Notes: a model not told the origin generated them from the letters alone. A stretch of 64,000 nt of DNA from Gammaproteobacteria bacterium (GCA_009842245.1 VYFT01000026.1:13465-77464); one strand, 5' to 3'; positions 18,622 through 30,620 are shown, counted from the stretch's first letter. A program made the numbers and translations.

Positions 18622-19953
18622 CTAACGTGTTCTACGACTATAGTTGCGCAAGTTCGACTTCTCCATCAGTTTTGCGTAATTACTGGAGAGTAAGTGCGCT
18701 TGAACCTGGGACATGAAGTCCATCGCCACGACAACGATAATGAGAAGTGCAGTACCGCCGAGTTGGAATTGAATATTCCAAAATACCCGCATGAGTTCTG
18801 GAAGTAGACACACCGAAGTGACGTACAAAGACCCAAATATTGTCAATTTAGTCGTAATGTCGTCAATGTGATCCGCGGTTTGTTGACCCGGTCGAATACC
18901 CTGAATATATGCTCCCTGACGTTTTAAATTATCCGCGAGTTCTTTAGGATCGCGCACTATTGCAGTGTAGAAGAAGCTAAAGAAAATTATTCCACCGGCG
19001 AACAGCAATATGTAGAGCGGCTGACCAGGGCTCAATAGCAACGCGATGTTTTGCAGAAAACCTAAACCTTCGTTTTGCCCAAACCACTGTGACATTGAGG
19101 CTGGAGCCAACAATAAACTCGACGCGAAAATCGCTGGAATAACTCCTGCCATATTTATTTTGAACGGCAGGTGACTTGTCTGTCCTTGCACCATTCGGCG
19201 ACCCTGTTGTCTCTTCGCGTAGTGAATCGTGATACGACGTTCGCCCCGTTCAATGAATACAACAAACCCAACCAAACCAATCGCAACGAGCAGTATCAAG
19301 AAGAGAAATGGCATGAAAATCTCACCACTGCGTGCCATCTCAAACGCTCCAGCAATGGCTGCTGGAAAGCCAGATACTATACCAGCAAAAATGAGCAACG
19401 ATATCCCGTTACCAACCCCATGTTCGGTAATTTTCTCCCCGAGCCACATCATAAATAGCGCACCTGTTACCAAGGTAACCACGGCAATGAAGAAGAATCC
19501 GATGGTAGAACTACCCTGAAACGGCAGTTGTTGCGCAATCAGCGTACTTGTAAGTGCGACACCTTGGACGATTGCGATGATCAACGTACCATATCGCGTA
19601 AGTTTCGTGATCTTACGTCGACCTGCTTCCCCCTCTTTTCGGAGTTGATTTAAACGGGGATACATCATCGTTAGCAAATTCATGATGATGCTTGAAGTGA
19701 TATATGGCATGACGCCTAGTGCGAGAATACTCATGCGCTCTAACGCGCCACCAGAAAACATGTTGAAGAGACCTAGGATCCCTCCCTGTTGCTGATCAAA
19801 CAGGCGTTGCAATGCTTCCGGGTCAATTCCCGGAACTGGGATATGGGTACCGATGCGGTAAACGAGTAGTGCAAACAGGACGAATAGGAGACGTTTTCGT
19901 AGCTCCGTCGTTCCTGTTTGAACTCCTGCTAGTGCGGGTGCGGTTGTAGCCAT
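18622..19953 (-). CDS. secY: preprotein translocase subunit SecY
   Basis: 443-aa polytopic membrane protein (LGVMPYITSSIIMNLL, FLPFKINMAGVIPAIFASS) in the spc operon position. Confidence 0.96.
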   Translation of the reverse strand: MATTAPALAGVQTGTTELRKRLLFVLFALLVYRIGTHIPVPGIDPEALQRLFDQQQGGILGLFNMFSGGALERMSILALGVMPYITSSIIMNLLTMMYPRLNQLRKEGEAGRRKITKLTRYGTLIIAIVQGVALTSTLIAQQLPFQGSSTIGFFFIAVVTLVTGALFMMWLGEKITEHGVGNGISLLIFAGIVSGFPAAIAGAFEMARSGEIFMPFLFLILLVAIGLVGFVVFIERGERRITIHYAKRQQGRRMVQGQTSHLPFKINMAGVIPAIFASSLLLAPASMSQWFGQNEGLGFLQNIALLLSPGQPLYILLFAGGIIFFSFFYTAIVRDPKELADNLKRQGAYIQGIRPGQQTADHIDDITTKLTIFGSLYVTSVCLLPELMRVFWNIQFQLGGTALLIIVVVAMDFMSQVQAHLLSSNYAKLMEKSNLRNYSRRTR

Positions 19954-19960
19954 GGCCGTC

Positions 19961-20395
19961 TTAGTCTTCTACCTTCCCACCAGCTGCTTCAATAGCCGAA
20001 AGTGCGCCTTTGGTAACTTTCGGTCCACGGATGGTCAATGCTCGGTCGATAGACCCTGACTGTACGATCCGCACGCGCTTAATATTTGAAGTGATCAATC
20101 CCGCCGCTCTCAGACTCTGCAAGTCGACAACATCGCCTTCTATTGCAGTGAGTTCATGTAATCGAACTTCACTGGTTATGCGCTGCACGCGAGAACGAAA
20201 ACCAAACGTAGGAATTCGCTGTTGCAATGGCAGCTGCCCGCCTTCAAACCCTCGACGCACCCCACCACCGGAACGCGAGCATTGGCCCTTGTGGCCGCGA
20301 CCACAAGTCTTGCCGTAGCCAGACGAACCGCCGCGACCGACGCGCTTTGGTCCCGTTCGACTACCTGGTGCCGGTGTTAATTCGTTGAGTTTCAC
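19961..20395 (-). CDS. rplO: 50S ribosomal protein L15
   Basis: [13 protein letters not shown]...[13 protein letters not shown]. Confidence 0.95.
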   Translation of the reverse strand: MKLNELTPAPGSRTGPKRVGRGGSSGYGKTCGRGHKGQCSRSGGGVRRGFEGGQLPLQQRIPTFGFRSRVQRITSEVRLHELTAIEGDVVDLQSLRAAGLITSNIKRVRIVQSGSIDRALTIRGPKVTKGALSAIEAAGGKVED

Positions 20396-20598
20396 TTTGC
20401 TGGTGCTTCTGATACTTCTAAAAGATAGTTAACTTGATTGATCATCCCTCTGACCGAAGGTGTATCTACCACTTCTACTTCATGGCCGATACGTCGTAGT
20501 CCCAAACCTCGTACGCAGGCTTGATGTTTTTTAAGACGACCCGAATCACTTTTTATAAGACGTAATCGTATCTTCTTTACCGCGGCTTTCCTACTCAT
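20392..20598 (-). CDS. rpmD: 50S ribosomal protein L30
   Basis: [30 protein letters not shown]. Lies between rpsE and rplO. Confidence 0.92.
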   Translation of the reverse strand: MSRKAAVKKIRLRLIKSDSGRLKKHQACVRGLGLRRIGHEVEVVDTPSVRGMINQVNYLLEVSEAPAK

Positions 20599-21100
20599 GA
20601 CCGCGAACTTCCTCTTCTGTCTTACCGCGTTTCAATGCGACCATCCGCGGAGAGCGCATGTTCACCAAACCCTTGACAGTTGCACGCACTACATTGGTTG
20701 GGTTAGTTGAACCATAACATTTTGCGAGTACGTCGCGTACGCCGGCGGCTTCAAGCACCGCACGCATCGTACCTCCGGCAATTACACCAGTACCTTCCGA
20801 AGCAGGTTGCATAAATATCTTGGACGCACCATGCTTGGCAATAATCGGATACCAGAGAGTCACACCATTTAGTTCAACGTCAAACATGTTCCGTCTCGCC
20901 ACCTGTCCAGATTTTTCGATCGCTTCTGCACGTTCTCGGGCTTTTCCTCGTCCGAATCCAACTCGACCAGCCCCGTCACCAACAACCGACAGTGCTGTCC
21001 AAGAGAGCTGTCGTCCACCCTTGACAGTCTTTGCAACACGCGTGGAGGAAACGAGTCTTTCGACTAATCCCTCTTCGCGAATTTCTTCCGAGTATGCCAT
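20591..21100 (-). CDS. rpsE: 30S ribosomal protein S5
   Basis: [34 protein letters not shown]. Confidence 0.95.
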   Translation of the reverse strand: MAYSEEIREEGLVERLVSSTRVAKTVKGGRQLSWTALSVVGDGAGRVGFGRGKARERAEAIEKSGQVARRNMFDVELNGVTLWYPIIAKHGASKIFMQPASEGTGVIAGGTMRAVLEAAGVRDVLAKCYGSTNPTNVVRATVKGLVNMRSPRMVALKRGKTEEEVRGHE

Positions 21101-21102
21101 GT

Positions 21103-21453
21103 TTAAAACTCCAACCCTTGACTACGAGCTTCGTCCGCTAGTGCTTTCACTCGACCATGATAAAGGTATCCTGATCGATCAAATGCGACTTTCGATATGC
21201 CGACATCCTTAGCCCGTGTTGCTATCGTCGCGCCGACTTTTTTTGCAGCTTCAATGTTTCCGGTCTTTTTCAACTTGAGCGATTTATCTAGTGTTGAGGC
21301 CTGAGCCAACACCTCCTGACCGGTACTGTCGATGATCTGCGCGTAAATGTGTTGCGGGGTACGATGCACGCTCAAGCGAACCGCACCTAACTCGCGCATC
21401 TTGATACGCGAGCGCTTCGCACGTCTTAACCTGGAACGATGTTTATCACTCAT
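21103..21453 (-). CDS. rplR: 50S ribosomal protein L18
   Basis: [17 protein letters not shown]...[20 protein letters not shown]. Confidence 0.95.
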   Translation of the reverse strand: MSDKHRSRLRRAKRSRIKMRELGAVRLSVHRTPQHIYAQIIDSTGQEVLAQASTLDKSLKLKKTGNIEAAKKVGATIATRAKDVGISKVAFDRSGYLYHGRVKALADEARSQGLEF

Positions 21454-21466
21454 AACTCAAAAATGG

Positions 21467-21997
21467 TTATTTCTTAACTTCTTTTCGTTTGATGTACTCA
21501 CCTAGATAACGTATTCCCTTTCCTTTGTACGGTTCAGGTGGACGCTTACTTCGAATATCCGCAGCAACTTGACCTACAAGCTGTCGATCGACACCGGTTA
21601 CTACCACTTCCGTGGGCGTAGGAAGTGTCAGTTCTATTCCCTCCGGTGGAACAAACTCAATCGGGTGTGAGTATCCTAGCTGCATAACGAGCACATTGTT
21701 TTGAAGTTGAGCTCGATACCCCACTCCCTCGATTTGCAGCCGCTTTTCCCATCTTTCCGATACCCCTTTGATCATATTACGCACTAGAGCATTGACCGTG
21801 CCGGTCATCGCCCGCGCGTGTCTTGACGTACCCGACGTCTTTATATACAAGGTGTCTTTTTGCTTCTTAGTACTGACACCATCAGCACGTGGTACAGACA
21901 GTTCCCCATGCTTCCCCTTCACACGTATCAAGTCGGCTGAAACAACCACTTCGACCCCTGTTGGGATTGTTAGTTCTCGTTCTGTAATCCGTGACAT
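21467..21997 (-). CDS. rplF: 50S ribosomal protein L6
   Basis: MSRITERELTIPTGVEV...GVGYRAQLQ...PEPYKGKGIRY. Confidence 0.95.
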   Translation of the reverse strand: MSRITERELTIPTGVEVVVSADLIRVKGKHGELSVPRADGVSTKKQKDTLYIKTSGTSRHARAMTGTVNALVRNMIKGVSERWEKRLQIEGVGYRAQLQNNVLVMQLGYSHPIEFVPPEGIELTLPTPTEVVVTGVDRQLVGQVAADIRSKRPPEPYKGKGIRYLGEYIKRKEVKK

Positions 21998-22008
21998 ATC
22001 AATTTATC

Positions 22009-22401
22009 CTAGAAGACAGTAAACAACACTTCTCCACCGATACCGGCACGACGCGCAGCATGGTCGGTCATCACACCTTGATTGGTGCTCACAACCGCAA
22101 TGCCTAGGCCTCCGTTTACACGTGGTAGTTCATCTTTAGTCTTGTATGTGCGAAGACCGGGGCGACTAATACGTCTCAATTCCTCTATTACCGGTACACC
22201 CTCCAAATACTTGAGCTCCACCGTGAGTGTTGGTTTTGCGGATTTTTCAACCGAAAAACCGAGAATGTAGCCTTCGTCTCGCAGTACTTGACAGATAGCT
22301 TCCTTAATTTTTGAACTCGGCATAGATACTGTGAGCATTGCCGCCATAGTCGCATTGCGAATCCGCGTCAGAAAATCAGCGATTGGATCTTGCATACTCA
22401 T
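22009..22401 (-). CDS. rpsH: 30S ribosomal protein S8
   Basis: [17 protein letters not shown]... Confidence 0.95.
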   Translation of the reverse strand: MSMQDPIADFLTRIRNATMAAMLTVSMPSSKIKEAICQVLRDEGYILGFSVEKSAKPTLTVELKYLEGVPVIEELRRISRPGLRTYKTKDELPRVNGGLGIAVVSTNQGVMTDHAARRAGIGGEVLFTVF

Positions 22402-22406
22402 CAGGA

Positions 22407-22712
22407 TTACCAGCTAGACTTCTTAAGTCCAGGAATCTCACCACGCATAGCGGCTTCGCGCAACTTGGTACGCCCTAAGCCAAAGCGTCGATAAACGCCT
22501 CGTGGTCGGCCCGTGATTTCGCAACGGCGTTGGAGCCGAATAGGATTGGCATTTCGGGGGAGTTGCTGTAACTGTAATTGTGCTTCCCAGCGTGCATCAT
22601 CGTCCAGCGCGCGGTCGTTGATTTTCGCTTTCAACTCGGCGCGTTTGGCCGCATACTTAGCCACTGTTTGTTGGCGTCGTTTCTCCCGTTCAAGCATTGA
22701 CTTTTTCGCCAT
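22407..22712 (-). CDS. rpsN: 30S ribosomal protein S14 (long, non-zinc form)
   Basis: [13 protein letters not shown]...[19 protein letters not shown]...KKSSW. Confidence 0.95.
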   Translation of the reverse strand: MAKKSMLEREKRRQQTVAKYAAKRAELKAKINDRALDDDARWEAQLQLQQLPRNANPIRLQRRCEITGRPRGVYRRFGLGRTKLREAAMRGEIPGLKKSSW

Positions 22713-22714
22713 CG

Positions 22715-23254
22715 TCAGCTCCTGAATGGGAAGTTAAAGGCTTTCAATAACGCTAATCCCTCAGCATCATCGCGAGCCGTAGTCGTGATTGTCACATTCA
22801 AACCTCGTAGAGAATCGATCTTGTCATAGTCAATTTCGGGAAAAATAATCTGCTCCGTAATCCCAAGCGAATAGTTTCCTCGCCCGTCAAACGATCGAGG
22901 ACTCAGCCCACGAAAATCTCGCATCCTCGGAATTGCGATGCCTATAAGACGTTCGACAAACTCATACATGATGGTCCGACGCAAAGTTACTTTACATCCA
23001 ATAGCATTTCCCGTACGAATCTTAAACACGGCTTCGGACTTACGGGCTCGTGTGATTTTTGGCTTCTGTCCAGCAATCTTGGTAAGATCATCTACAGCCC
23101 CGTCCAATAACTTGCGGTCAGCAATCGCCTTACCCACACCCATATTGAGCGTGACTTTGACGAGCTTAGGTACGCGCATAACGGACGTATACCCATGATC
23201 CGACATTAACTGAGGCCGAATCTCTTCTAAGTACCGTTGTTGCAGGTTGTTCAT
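22715..23254 (-). CDS. rplE: 50S ribosomal protein L5
   Basis: [23 protein letters not shown] 23254 (MNNLQQRY) is preferred over the upstream TTG 23272 by length comparison with E. coli L5. Confidence 0.93.
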   Translation of the reverse strand: MNNLQQRYLEEIRPQLMSDHGYTSVMRVPKLVKVTLNMGVGKAIADRKLLDGAVDDLTKIAGQKPKITRARKSEAVFKIRTGNAIGCKVTLRRTIMYEFVERLIGIAIPRMRDFRGLSPRSFDGRGNYSLGITEQIIFPEIDYDKIDSLRGLNVTITTTARDDAEGLALLKAFNFPFRS

Positions 23255-23261
23255 CGTACTG

Positions 23262-23573
23262 TTAGTCTTCAATTACTGCATCATTGGACTTAAAGTAGCG
23301 CACCTTCTTACCGTCTTCCACGCGAATGCCCACTTTGTCCGCTTTATCAGTTTCCGGGTTAAGAAGTGCTACATTTGAAATGTGAAGAGGTGCTTCTTTT
23401 TGAAGACGACCGTGGCGATCACCTGGTTTCCGTGCCCGTGTGTGCCGAGTAATTTCGTTAATGCCACTAACGATAACACGATCTCTGCCTTGAAAGCCAA
23501 CGACATCGCCAGTTCGACCCTTGTCTTTACCGGTCAAGATGATTACCTCATCATCTACTTTTAGGCGACGCAC
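23262..23573 (-). CDS. rplX: 50S ribosomal protein L24
   Basis: [17 protein letters not shown] (KOW motif). Confidence 0.95.
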   Translation of the reverse strand: MRRLKVDDEVIILTGKDKGRTGDVVGFQGRDRVIVSGINEITRHTRARKPGDRHGRLQKEAPLHISNVALLNPETDKADKVGIRVEDGKKVRYFKSNDAVIED

Positions 23574-23575
23574 GA

Positions 23576-23944
23576 TTACAACACCTCCGGTGCTAGCGAA
23601 ATAATGCGCATGAAATCGCGTGCTCGAAGTTCCCTTGTTACAGGTCCGAAAATTCGAGTACCAATAGGTTCCTTGGCTTCATTCACAAGCACAGCAGCAT
23701 TTTGATCAAAGCGAATCACCGAACCATCCTGTCGTCTTACGCCTTTTTTCGTGCGTACTACAACCGCGCGTAAGAGTTGTCCCTTACGAACACGACTTCG
23801 CGGCATTGCTTCTTTCACGGTAACGCGAATGACGTCGCCAATGTGAGCGTAGCGGCGGCGTGAGCCCCCAAGCACTTTGATACATTGCACCCGGCGGGCA
23901 CCACTGTTATCCGCAACATCAAGTACGGTTTCACTCTGAATCAT
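23576..23944 (-). CDS. rplN: 50S ribosomal protein L14
   Basis: [28 protein letters not shown]. Confidence 0.96.
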   Translation of the reverse strand: MIQSETVLDVADNSGARRVQCIKVLGGSRRRYAHIGDVIRVTVKEAMPRSRVRKGQLLRAVVVRTKKGVRRQDGSVIRFDQNAAVLVNEAKEPIGTRIFGPVTRELRARDFMRIISLAPEVL

Positions 23945-24219
23945 GTCTGAGCTTTCCTGACTCGTTCATCAATTGATAGCAATCTCCACGACTTAGTCTT
24001 GGACACAGGACGGCATTCTTGAATGCTCACGGTATCGCCCACTTGCGCTTCGTTGTCTTCATCGTGTACTTGAAACTTCGACGATCGACCGATAATCTTG
24101 CCGTATAACGGATGACGTACTCGTCGGTCGACTCGAACTGCGATAGTCTTATCGGCAGTGTCTGCAACTACGAGACCACTAACCGTTCGTGCTTTGGGTG
24201 TGTGCGAATCAGCCATCAC
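23941..24219 (-). CDS. rpsQ: 30S ribosomal protein S17
   Basis: [27 protein letters not shown]. Confidence 0.95.
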   Translation of the reverse strand: MMADSHTPKARTVSGLVVADTADKTIAVRVDRRVRHPLYGKIIGRSSKFQVHDEDNEAQVGDTVSIQECRPVSKTKSWRLLSIDERVRKAQT

Positions 24220-24400
24220 GTTTTTCTCGGATGATTGTGTTAACTCGCGCGACGTTGCGGCGCGCTTCTTTGATCAAGTGGGTCTGCGCGAGCTGATCGG
24301 AGGCTCTTTGAAAACGCAAGTTGAACTGCTCTTTCCGGAGCTTTACGTATTCCTCTTTTAGATCGGATAAGGACATTTCTCGCAAGTCTTCTGCTTTCAT
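24209..24400 (-). CDS. rpmC: 50S ribosomal protein L29
   Basis: [31 protein letters not shown]. Confidence 0.94.
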   Translation of the reverse strand: MKAEDLREMSLSDLKEEYVKLRKEQFNLRFQRASDQLAQTHLIKEARRNVARVNTIIREKRDG

Positions 24401-24813
24401 TACATTGCCTGTCGTGCGACTACGGTCGTGTTAAACGGTAATTTGCTGGCTGCGAGTCGAAACGCTACTCGCGCATCGGCTTCACTCACTCCAGCAACCT
24501 CATACAAGACCCGTCCTGGTTGAATTTGTGCAACCCAATATTCGACGGAACCTTTTCCTTTCCCTTGACGAACTTCAAGCGGTTTTTTCGTGATTGGTTT
24601 GTCCGGAAACACGCGGATCCAGACTTTCCCGCCGCGACGTAATGACCGTGTCATGGCGCGACGAGCCGCTTCAATCTGCCGTGCAGTCATGCGTCCGCGA
24701 CCTGATGCCTTCAACCCAAATTCACCAAAACACACTTTATTAGCGCGTTGTGCAAGACCGCGATTTCGACCCTTCTGTTGCTTACGGTACTTTGTTCTCG
24801 TGGGCTGCAGCAT
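24400..24813 (-). CDS. rplP: 50S ribosomal protein L16
   Basis: [19 protein letters not shown]... Confidence 0.96.
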   Translation of the reverse strand: MLQPTRTKYRKQQKGRNRGLAQRANKVCFGEFGLKASGRGRMTARQIEAARRAMTRSLRRGGKVWIRVFPDKPITKKPLEVRQGKGKGSVEYWVAQIQPGRVLYEVAGVSEADARVAFRLAASKLPFNTTVVARQAM

Positions 24814-24825
24814 GGAAAGCTCTAT

Positions 24826-25488
24826 TTACCTCGTTGCCGTAGGTGTACTTTCATCAGATGGACCGATGACCTCTCCCTTGAAGACCCAGACTTTCACACC
24901 CAAAACTCCATAGGTTGTCATAGCTTCGGCCACGGCATAATCGATATCAGCGCGTAGCGTATGCAGCGGTACTCGACCTTCTGAATACACCTCCGAGCGT
25001 GCAAGTTCTTGACCATTGAGACGACCTGACACTCGAACTTTGATACCTTCAGCACCTAAGCGCATCGCATTTTGAAGCACGCGTCGCACTGCGCGACGAT
25101 ATTGAACTCGCCGCTCTAGTTGTTGCGCAACATTACATGCGACTAAATATGCATCTAGCTCAGGCTTCCGTACTTCCTCAACATTTATGACGACCGGACC
25201 ACCAATACGTTGTTGTAGCTGAGCACGTAATCGCTCGACATCGGCACCGCGTTGACCTATAACCATGCCAGGTCGGGCCGTATGGATCGTAATACGTGCG
25301 TCTTGCGACGGTCGTTGGATATCAATACGACTGACGAACGCTTGTTGCAACTCCGATGCGATAAATGCTCGGATTTCGTGATCATTTTTCAGCAACTCGC
25401 GATACTTCTGCTTGTTGGCGTACCAAACAGAGCTGTGGTCTCGGACTATTCCGAGACGGAACCCGTTAGGATTTACTTTTTGTCCCAT
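24826..25488 (-). CDS. rpsC: 30S ribosomal protein S3
   Basis: [18 protein letters not shown]... Confidence 0.96.
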   Translation of the reverse strand: MGQKVNPNGFRLGIVRDHSSVWYANKQKYRELLKNDHEIRAFIASELQQAFVSRIDIQRPSQDARITIHTARPGMVIGQRGADVERLRAQLQQRIGGPVVINVEEVRKPELDAYLVACNVAQQLERRVQYRRAVRRVLQNAMRLGAEGIKVRVSGRLNGQELARSEVYSEGRVPLHTLRADIDYAVAEAMTTYGVLGVKVWVFKGEVIGPSDESTPTATR

Positions 25489-25503
25489 ATCTACCCTAGT
25501 GTG

Positions 25504-25848
25504 TTAATCATCATCAAGGTGGTCCGACACTGCTATCGTAATATGGCAAGTGCGTTTTAATATTCGATTCCCTCGGCCTCGAGCTCGCGCGCGAAATCGC
25601 TTCATTCGGAAGCCTTCATTTACATAAATTTCACTAATCGAAAGCTCGTCTATGTCGGCATCGAGGTTCTGTTCAGCATTAGATACTGCTGAGTCAAGAA
25701 CTTTTTTGACAAACTTTGCACTCTTTTGTACATCGTGCTCAAGTATGCTGAGTGCTTCATGAATATTTCGACCTCGAATTTGGTCCGCGACCAACCTCGC
25801 CTTCTGTGGGGAGACACGTAATCCTCTCGCTACTGCTTGCACTCGCAT
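25504..25848 (-). CDS. rplV: 50S ribosomal protein L22
   Basis: MRVQAVARGLRVSPQKARLVADQIRG aligns with the E. coli L22 N-terminus. The longer ORF reaching 25929 would overlap rpsS by 62 nt, so the internal ATG at 25848 is used. Confidence 0.93.
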   Translation of the reverse strand: MRVQAVARGLRVSPQKARLVADQIRGRNIHEALSILEHDVQKSAKFVKKVLDSAVSNAEQNLDADIDELSISEIYVNEGFRMKRFRARARGRGNRILKRTCHITIAVSDHLDDD

Positions 25849-25867
25849 GACTACGAACCCGTTCCCC

Positions 25868-26149
25868 CTACCGAGTGGCCGAAGCCTTCCGGTCGCCAGC
25901 GTGTCCCTTGAAGGTTCGGGTCGCCGCAAACTCGCCTAGTTTGTGTCCGACAAGTTCTTCTGTGATGAACACTGGCATATGTTGTCTTCCGTTGTGCACA
26001 AGAATGGTCAATCCTACCATCTCTGGTACGATCATGGAGCGACGGGACCAAGTCTTGATCGGACGCTTATCCCGAGTCTCCTGAGCTTTCTCTACCTTCC
26101 GCAGTAGGTTGATATCCACGAACGGTCCCTTTCGTATTGAACGTGCCAT
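25868..26149 (-). CDS. rpsS: 30S ribosomal protein S19
   Basis: [12 protein letters not shown]...[23 protein letters not shown]. Confidence 0.96.
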   Translation of the reverse strand: MARSIRKGPFVDINLLRKVEKAQETRDKRPIKTWSRRSMIVPEMVGLTILVHNGRQHMPVFITEELVGHKLGEFAATRTFKGHAGDRKASATR

Positions 26150-26151
26150 CG

Positions 26152-26979
26152 TTAACTACGTCCTCGACGGCGAATAATTAACCTATCGCTGGGTCGTTTA
26201 CGACGAGTTGTATGACCCTTCGTGGGCACACCAGTCGGCGAAACTGGGTGTCTCCCACCACTTGATTTGCCCTCACCACCACCATGTGGATGGTCAACCG
26301 GGTTCATCGCGACACCGCGTACAGTTGGTCGAATTCCACGCCAACGTTTCGCACCAGCCTTACCAAACGAACGCAAGTTGTGCTCGGTGTTTCCTACTTC
26401 TCCCAACACACCACGACATTCACTTAGGACACGTCGCATTTCCCCAGAGCGAAGTCGTAGAGTCGCGTAATTTCCTTCCCGAGCAACTAACTGCGCGGAG
26501 GTTCCAGCACTACGCGCTAGTTGCGCGCCTTTATGCGGCTTGAGTTCAATACAGTGGATCAAGCTACCGATGGGAACATTACGCAATGGCATGGCATTTC
26601 CAGAACGGATCGGCGCGGTTGAACCTGAACGAAGTTCTGCGCCCGGTTTCAGTCCTTTCGGTGCAATGATGTACCGTCGCTCGCCATCAGCATATTTCAA
26701 TAGTGCGATATTTGCACTTCTGTTCGGATCGTATTCCAGTCTTTCTACTATCGCTGGAATACCATCTTTATCGCGCTTAAAGTCCAACTTTCGATAGTGC
26801 TTCTTATGACCACCACCACGATGTCTTACGGTAATCCGGCCTTTCCCATTGCGTCCAGCCTGAGAAGACTTTGGCTCAAGCAAGGGTTTATATGGGGAAC
26901 CTGTGTGGAGCGACTTGTCAACAACTTTTGCTACAAAGCGGCGACCAGGAGACGTTGGTTTTGTACGTACAACAGGCAC
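26152..26979 (-). CDS. rplB: 50S ribosomal protein L2
   Basis: [23 protein letters not shown]. Confidence 0.96.
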   Translation of the reverse strand: MPVVRTKPTSPGRRFVAKVVDKSLHTGSPYKPLLEPKSSQAGRNGKGRITVRHRGGGHKKHYRKLDFKRDKDGIPAIVERLEYDPNRSANIALLKYADGERRYIIAPKGLKPGAELRSGSTAPIRSGNAMPLRNVPIGSLIHCIELKPHKGAQLARSAGTSAQLVAREGNYATLRLRSGEMRRVLSECRGVLGEVGNTEHNLRSFGKAGAKRWRGIRPTVRGVAMNPVDHPHGGGEGKSSGGRHPVSPTGVPTKGHTTRRKRPSDRLIIRRRGRS

Positions 26980-27287
26980 TAGCGTATTTCCTTTGTTAAA
27001 TCAATACGTTCGCCCTCGCGCAAGCGCACATACGCTTTTTTCCAATTCTTTCGGTTACCCGATGGCAAACGCCGTAGCGCTCTACTCACCGGCTTACCTT
27101 TAACGTTAACGGTCGTAACGTTGTCAACAACCACATCGAAAATCTGTTCGACGGCATTTTGTACTTCCTTTTTAGTCGCGTCCTTCGCAACAACGAAGCA
27201 ATATTGGTTCGAGCGCATACCCAATCGAGTGACTTTTTCGGTCACGTGAGGTCGTTTGAGGATTCCGTACAGTCGCTGTGGATTCAT
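26979..27287 (-). CDS. rplW: 50S ribosomal protein L23
   Basis: [13 protein letters not shown]...[12 protein letters not shown]. Lies between rplD and rplB. Confidence 0.94.
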   Translation of the reverse strand: MNPQRLYGILKRPHVTEKVTRLGMRSNQYCFVVAKDATKKEVQNAVEQIFDVVVDNVTTVNVKGKPVSRALRRLPSGNRKNWKKAYVRLREGERIDLTKEIR

Positions 27288-27886
27288 GCTAGGCGTGCCT
27301 CTAATGCGCGAATCGACTCCACGTCAATGAGTAATTGTTCTACGCTCACTAGCAACCGAGGGTTTACGTTATTGGAAGTTTGGAGCGAAATGTTCTTTAA
27401 GTTGGATACCGCTTTCTGTAGATTGTCAGAGGGATCGGTAAGAACGAGGGTGGGATTTTGGAGATTGAGGTCGTGAAGAGTTTGTTGTAGGAGTTTGGTT
27501 TTTGGCTGGTCAATGTCGAATGATTCAGTGATCGTAATTCGTTCTTGTCGCATCAACTCAGACAAAATACAACGCATTGCTCCTCGGTACATTTTCCGGT
27601 TAACTTTTTGCCAACTCACCGCTGGTTTTGTTGCAAAAGTTACACCGCCACCTCGCCAAATAGGACTATTCCGTGTACCAGCTCGAGCACGACCACTACC
27701 CTTCTGTCGCCACGGTTTAGCTCCTCCACCCCGGACATCTGATCGAGACTTCTGCGCTTTCGTCCCATCGTGCCCGTTTGACAGGTAAGCTTGCACTACC
27801 TGATGTACCAATGGTGCGTTGAAGTCGACATTAAACACCGCGTCATTGAGTTTTAGACTCTCCCCTGTGTTTAGTGCAACTTCCAC
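27284..27886 (-). CDS. rplD: 50S ribosomal protein L4
   Basis: RSDVRGGGAKPWRQKGSGRARAGTRNSPIWRGGG. Confidence 0.95.
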   Translation of the reverse strand: MEVALNTGESLKLNDAVFNVDFNAPLVHQVVQAYLSNGHDGTKAQKSRSDVRGGGAKPWRQKGSGRARAGTRNSPIWRGGGVTFATKPAVSWQKVNRKMYRGAMRCILSELMRQERITITESFDIDQPKTKLLQQTLHDLNLQNPTLVLTDPSDNLQKAVSNLKNISLQTSNNVNPRLLVSVEQLLIDVESIRALEARLA

Positions 27887-27891
27887 GAGGT

Positions 27892-28602
27892 TTACTCTTC
27901 TTCTTGTGTCGTCGCTGGTGAGGGTGGCGTTTGCAAACCGTGTTTAATTGCTGGGCGAACAACTACGCAAGAACCGGATGCACCTGGAATCGCACCCTTA
28001 ATCAAGATAGTATTTCGTTCCACGTCGAGCTTCACGATTTCCAAGTTTTGCGTTGTGGCTTTTACATTCCCTAGCTGACCAGCCATTTTCTTACCTTTAA
28101 AAACTCGCCCCGGCGTTTGACATTGTCCAATTGAACCCGCGCCACGGTGTGAAAGAGAGTTTCCATGGGTCGTGTCTTGTCTCTGGAAGTTCCATCGCTT
28201 GATGACGCCCGCAAAACCCTTGCCCTTGGAGGTTCCTGTGACATCTACAAGCTGGCCTTCAAAAAACTGAGAAACTGACAGCTCTCCCCCGAGTTCTAAA
28301 TTTTGATCTGTGCTAGAAACCGCGTGTCGATCCAGTCGAAACTCGTGCGTGCTGTTCCCAGCCTCGGTCTCACTCTTAGCCCAGTGACCAAGTACTGGTT
28401 TCGCTCCGCGACTATGACGGCCGGACTTGCGCGGACGCATTCCATGCACGACCTGCACGGCGTCATAAGTTTCGTTAGCTTCCGTCTTGATCTGCGTGAT
28501 TCGATTCGGCTCGGCATGGACCACGGTCACCGGAATGGAAGCACCATCCGATGCGAAAACACGGGTCATACCACTTTTTATGCCAACAATACCAATTGCC
28601 AT
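27892..28602 (-). CDS. rplC: 50S ribosomal protein L3
   Basis: [16 protein letters not shown] aligns with the E. coli L3 start. The ORF is open to ATG 28644, which has an AAGG about 5 nt upstream, so a 14-aa N-terminal extension cannot be excluded. Confidence 0.9.
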   Translation of the reverse strand: MAIGIVGIKSGMTRVFASDGASIPVTVVHAEPNRITQIKTEANETYDAVQVVHGMRPRKSGRHSRGAKPVLGHWAKSETEAGNSTHEFRLDRHAVSSTDQNLELGGELSVSQFFEGQLVDVTGTSKGKGFAGVIKRWNFQRQDTTHGNSLSHRGAGSIGQCQTPGRVFKGKKMAGQLGNVKATTQNLEIVKLDVERNTILIKGAIPGASGSCVVVRPAIKHGLQTPPSPATTQEEE

Positions 28603-28769
28603 TTTGCGTCTATCGATTGCATAGAAATAACAACTAACGCTCATGCACGCCTTACCCGTGAAAAATCACAGGTTAGCAAGCGACTCGCTCTTAGTTGCTT
28701 GAACTTAACAAAAACGCCAAATTGGTGTTCTACGAAAATGTAGAACTCCAACTTGATCTTCGTTTCTGT

Positions 28770-29090
28770 CTATTTCGTATCTATCTTTAAGTCTACGTCT
28801 ACTCCTGCCGCTAGCTCAAGATTCATTAACGCATCAATCGTTCGTTCTGGTGGGTCCACGATGTAGAGCAAACGCTTATGTGTACGAATTTCATACTGAT
28901 CCCTAGCATCCTTATTCACATGAGGAGAAATGAGCACTGTGAAGCGCTCTAGTTTCGTCGGGAGAGGAATAGGACCCAGTATTCTCGCACCAGTCTGTTT
29001 CGTCGCCGCAATGATGTCTTCCGCCGATTGATCAATCAATCGGTGATCATACGCTTTGAGTCTAATCTGTATGCGATTTTCTTCGGCCAC
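28770..29090 (-). CDS. rpsJ: 30S ribosomal protein S10
   Basis: [18 protein letters not shown]...[33 protein letters not shown]. Confidence 0.96.
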   Translation of the reverse strand: MAEENRIQIRLKAYDHRLIDQSAEDIIAATKQTGARILGPIPLPTKLERFTVLISPHVNKDARDQYEIRTHKRLLYIVDPPERTIDALMNLELAAGVDVDLKIDTK

Positions 29091-29297
29091 TCAGCCCCGT
29101 GCCTCACGGAAATTTGCAATATTTCGATGCCTCGGTTCTGGAGCAACCCACCCGAATGCGTAAAGGAAAGAAATTTTACAGATTGAAGGCTCACTTTCAA
29201 TCCTATTTTTACAGTAAGTTTTGGAATGTCAGCGAATTGTTGATTACCGTTCGAAACTACCAAAACTCAGGCATGTAAACAAAGCAATTCGACCGTT

Positions 29298-29335
29298 ACG
29301 AAAACAACCCCGCTGTGATAGTTCACAGCGGGGTT
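29298..29335 (-). terminator. intrinsic terminator downstream of tuf
   Basis: On the minus strand, a 13-bp stem AACCCCGCTGTGA / TCACAGCGGGGTT with a 4-nt loop is followed by GTTTTCG. It lies 30 nt after the tuf stop. Confidence 0.7.
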
Positions 29336-29365
29336 AATGTATCGTGTATTAGAGAGAGTTTTAGT

Positions 29366-30565
29366 CTATTGAATAATGCTCGTTACAACGCCAGCACCGA
29401 CCGTTCGACCACCTTCACGAATTGCAAATCGTAAACCGTCATCCATAGCGATCGGGCTAATCAACTCAACGTTCAATTCAACGTTGTCACCGGGCATCAC
29501 CATTTCTACACCTTCATTTAAGGTGACTTCACCCGTTACGTCGGTAGTACGGAAGTAAAACTGAGGTCGATAGTGGCTCTGAAACGGTGAATGTCGACCA
29601 CCTTCTTCTTTCGACAACACATAAACTTGCGCCGAAAATTTAGTGTGTGGTGTGATCGAGCCAGGTAATGCAAGAACTTGGCCGCGTTCTACTTCATCAC
29701 GTTTGATACCACGTAACAGTACCCCAATGTTCTCGCCTGCTCTCCCTTCGTCGAGCAGTTTGCGAAACATTTCGACACCCGTGCAGGTAGTCTTATGTGT
29801 GGGTCGAATTCCGACGATTTCCACTTCATTTCCAACTTGGACGATACCACGGTCGACCCTACCCGTTACGACTGTACCACGACCGGAAATCGAGAACACA
29901 TCCTCAATTGGCATTAAGAATGGTGCATCTACAGGTCGTTCGGGTTCTGGAATAAAGTCATCCAGTGCTTTGAGGAGACTTCGGACAGAGCCCGCGCCGT
30001 CGTCGCCTTCGTCTCCCTCCATCGCTTTGAGCGCGCTACCGGGAATGATGGGTGACTCCGGGTCAAATTCGTAGCTCTCAAGCAACTCTTGGATTTCCAT
30101 AGTTACAAGTTCGACAAATTCGTCGCGATCAGCTTGGTCCAGCATGTCGACCTTGTTCAAATATGTGATGATCCGGGGAACACCAACCTGACGCGCTAAC
30201 AGAATATGTTCGCGCGTCTGCGGCATCGCGCCATCGACTGCTGACACCACCAAAATAGCACCGTCCATCTGGGCCGCACCTGTGATCATATTCTTGATGT
30301 AATCGGCGTGACCAGGACAGTCTACGTGAGCGTAGTGGCGGTTTGGTGATTCATACTCGACGTGCGTTGTTGCAATGGTAATCCCGCGTGCTTTCTCTTC
30401 AGGGGCATTGTCGATTTCTTCGAAGTTTTTGACATCCCCGGTCCCGGAGTCTTTAGCGCAGATCATCGTCATCGCTGCCGTCAACGTAGTCTTGCCGTGA
30501 TCGACATGACCAATCGTACCCACATTCACATGTGGTTTTGTTCGTTCAAATTTAGCTTTCGCCAT
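29366..30565 (-). CDS. tuf: elongation factor Tu
   Basis: [18 protein letters not shown] and NKVD motifs; 399 aa. It is the only tuf copy in the window. Confidence 0.97.
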   Translation of the reverse strand: MAKAKFERTKPHVNVGTIGHVDHGKTTLTAAMTMICAKDSGTGDVKNFEEIDNAPEEKARGITIATTHVEYESPNRHYAHVDCPGHADYIKNMITGAAQMDGAILVVSAVDGAMPQTREHILLARQVGVPRIITYLNKVDMLDQADRDEFVELVTMEIQELLESYEFDPESPIIPGSALKAMEGDEGDDGAGSVRSLLKALDDFIPEPERPVDAPFLMPIEDVFSISGRGTVVTGRVDRGIVQVGNEVEIVGIRPTHKTTCTGVEMFRKLLDEGRAGENIGVLLRGIKRDEVERGQVLALPGSITPHTKFSAQVYVLSKEEGGRHSPFQSHYRPQFYFRTTDVTGEVTLNEGVEMVMPGDNVELNVELISPIAMDDGLRFAIREGGRTVGAGVVTSIIQ

Positions 30566-30620
30566 TTTCTCTCATTCTCCCTAATAACAATTAGATTACT
30601 GTTATGATTCCAGTGATGTC

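Noticed and set aside
25849-25929. N-terminal extension of L22 (ORF open to 25929).
   Set aside because: It would overlap rpsS by 62 nt, and the extension has no counterpart in L22. The conserved N-terminus begins at the internal ATG at 25848.
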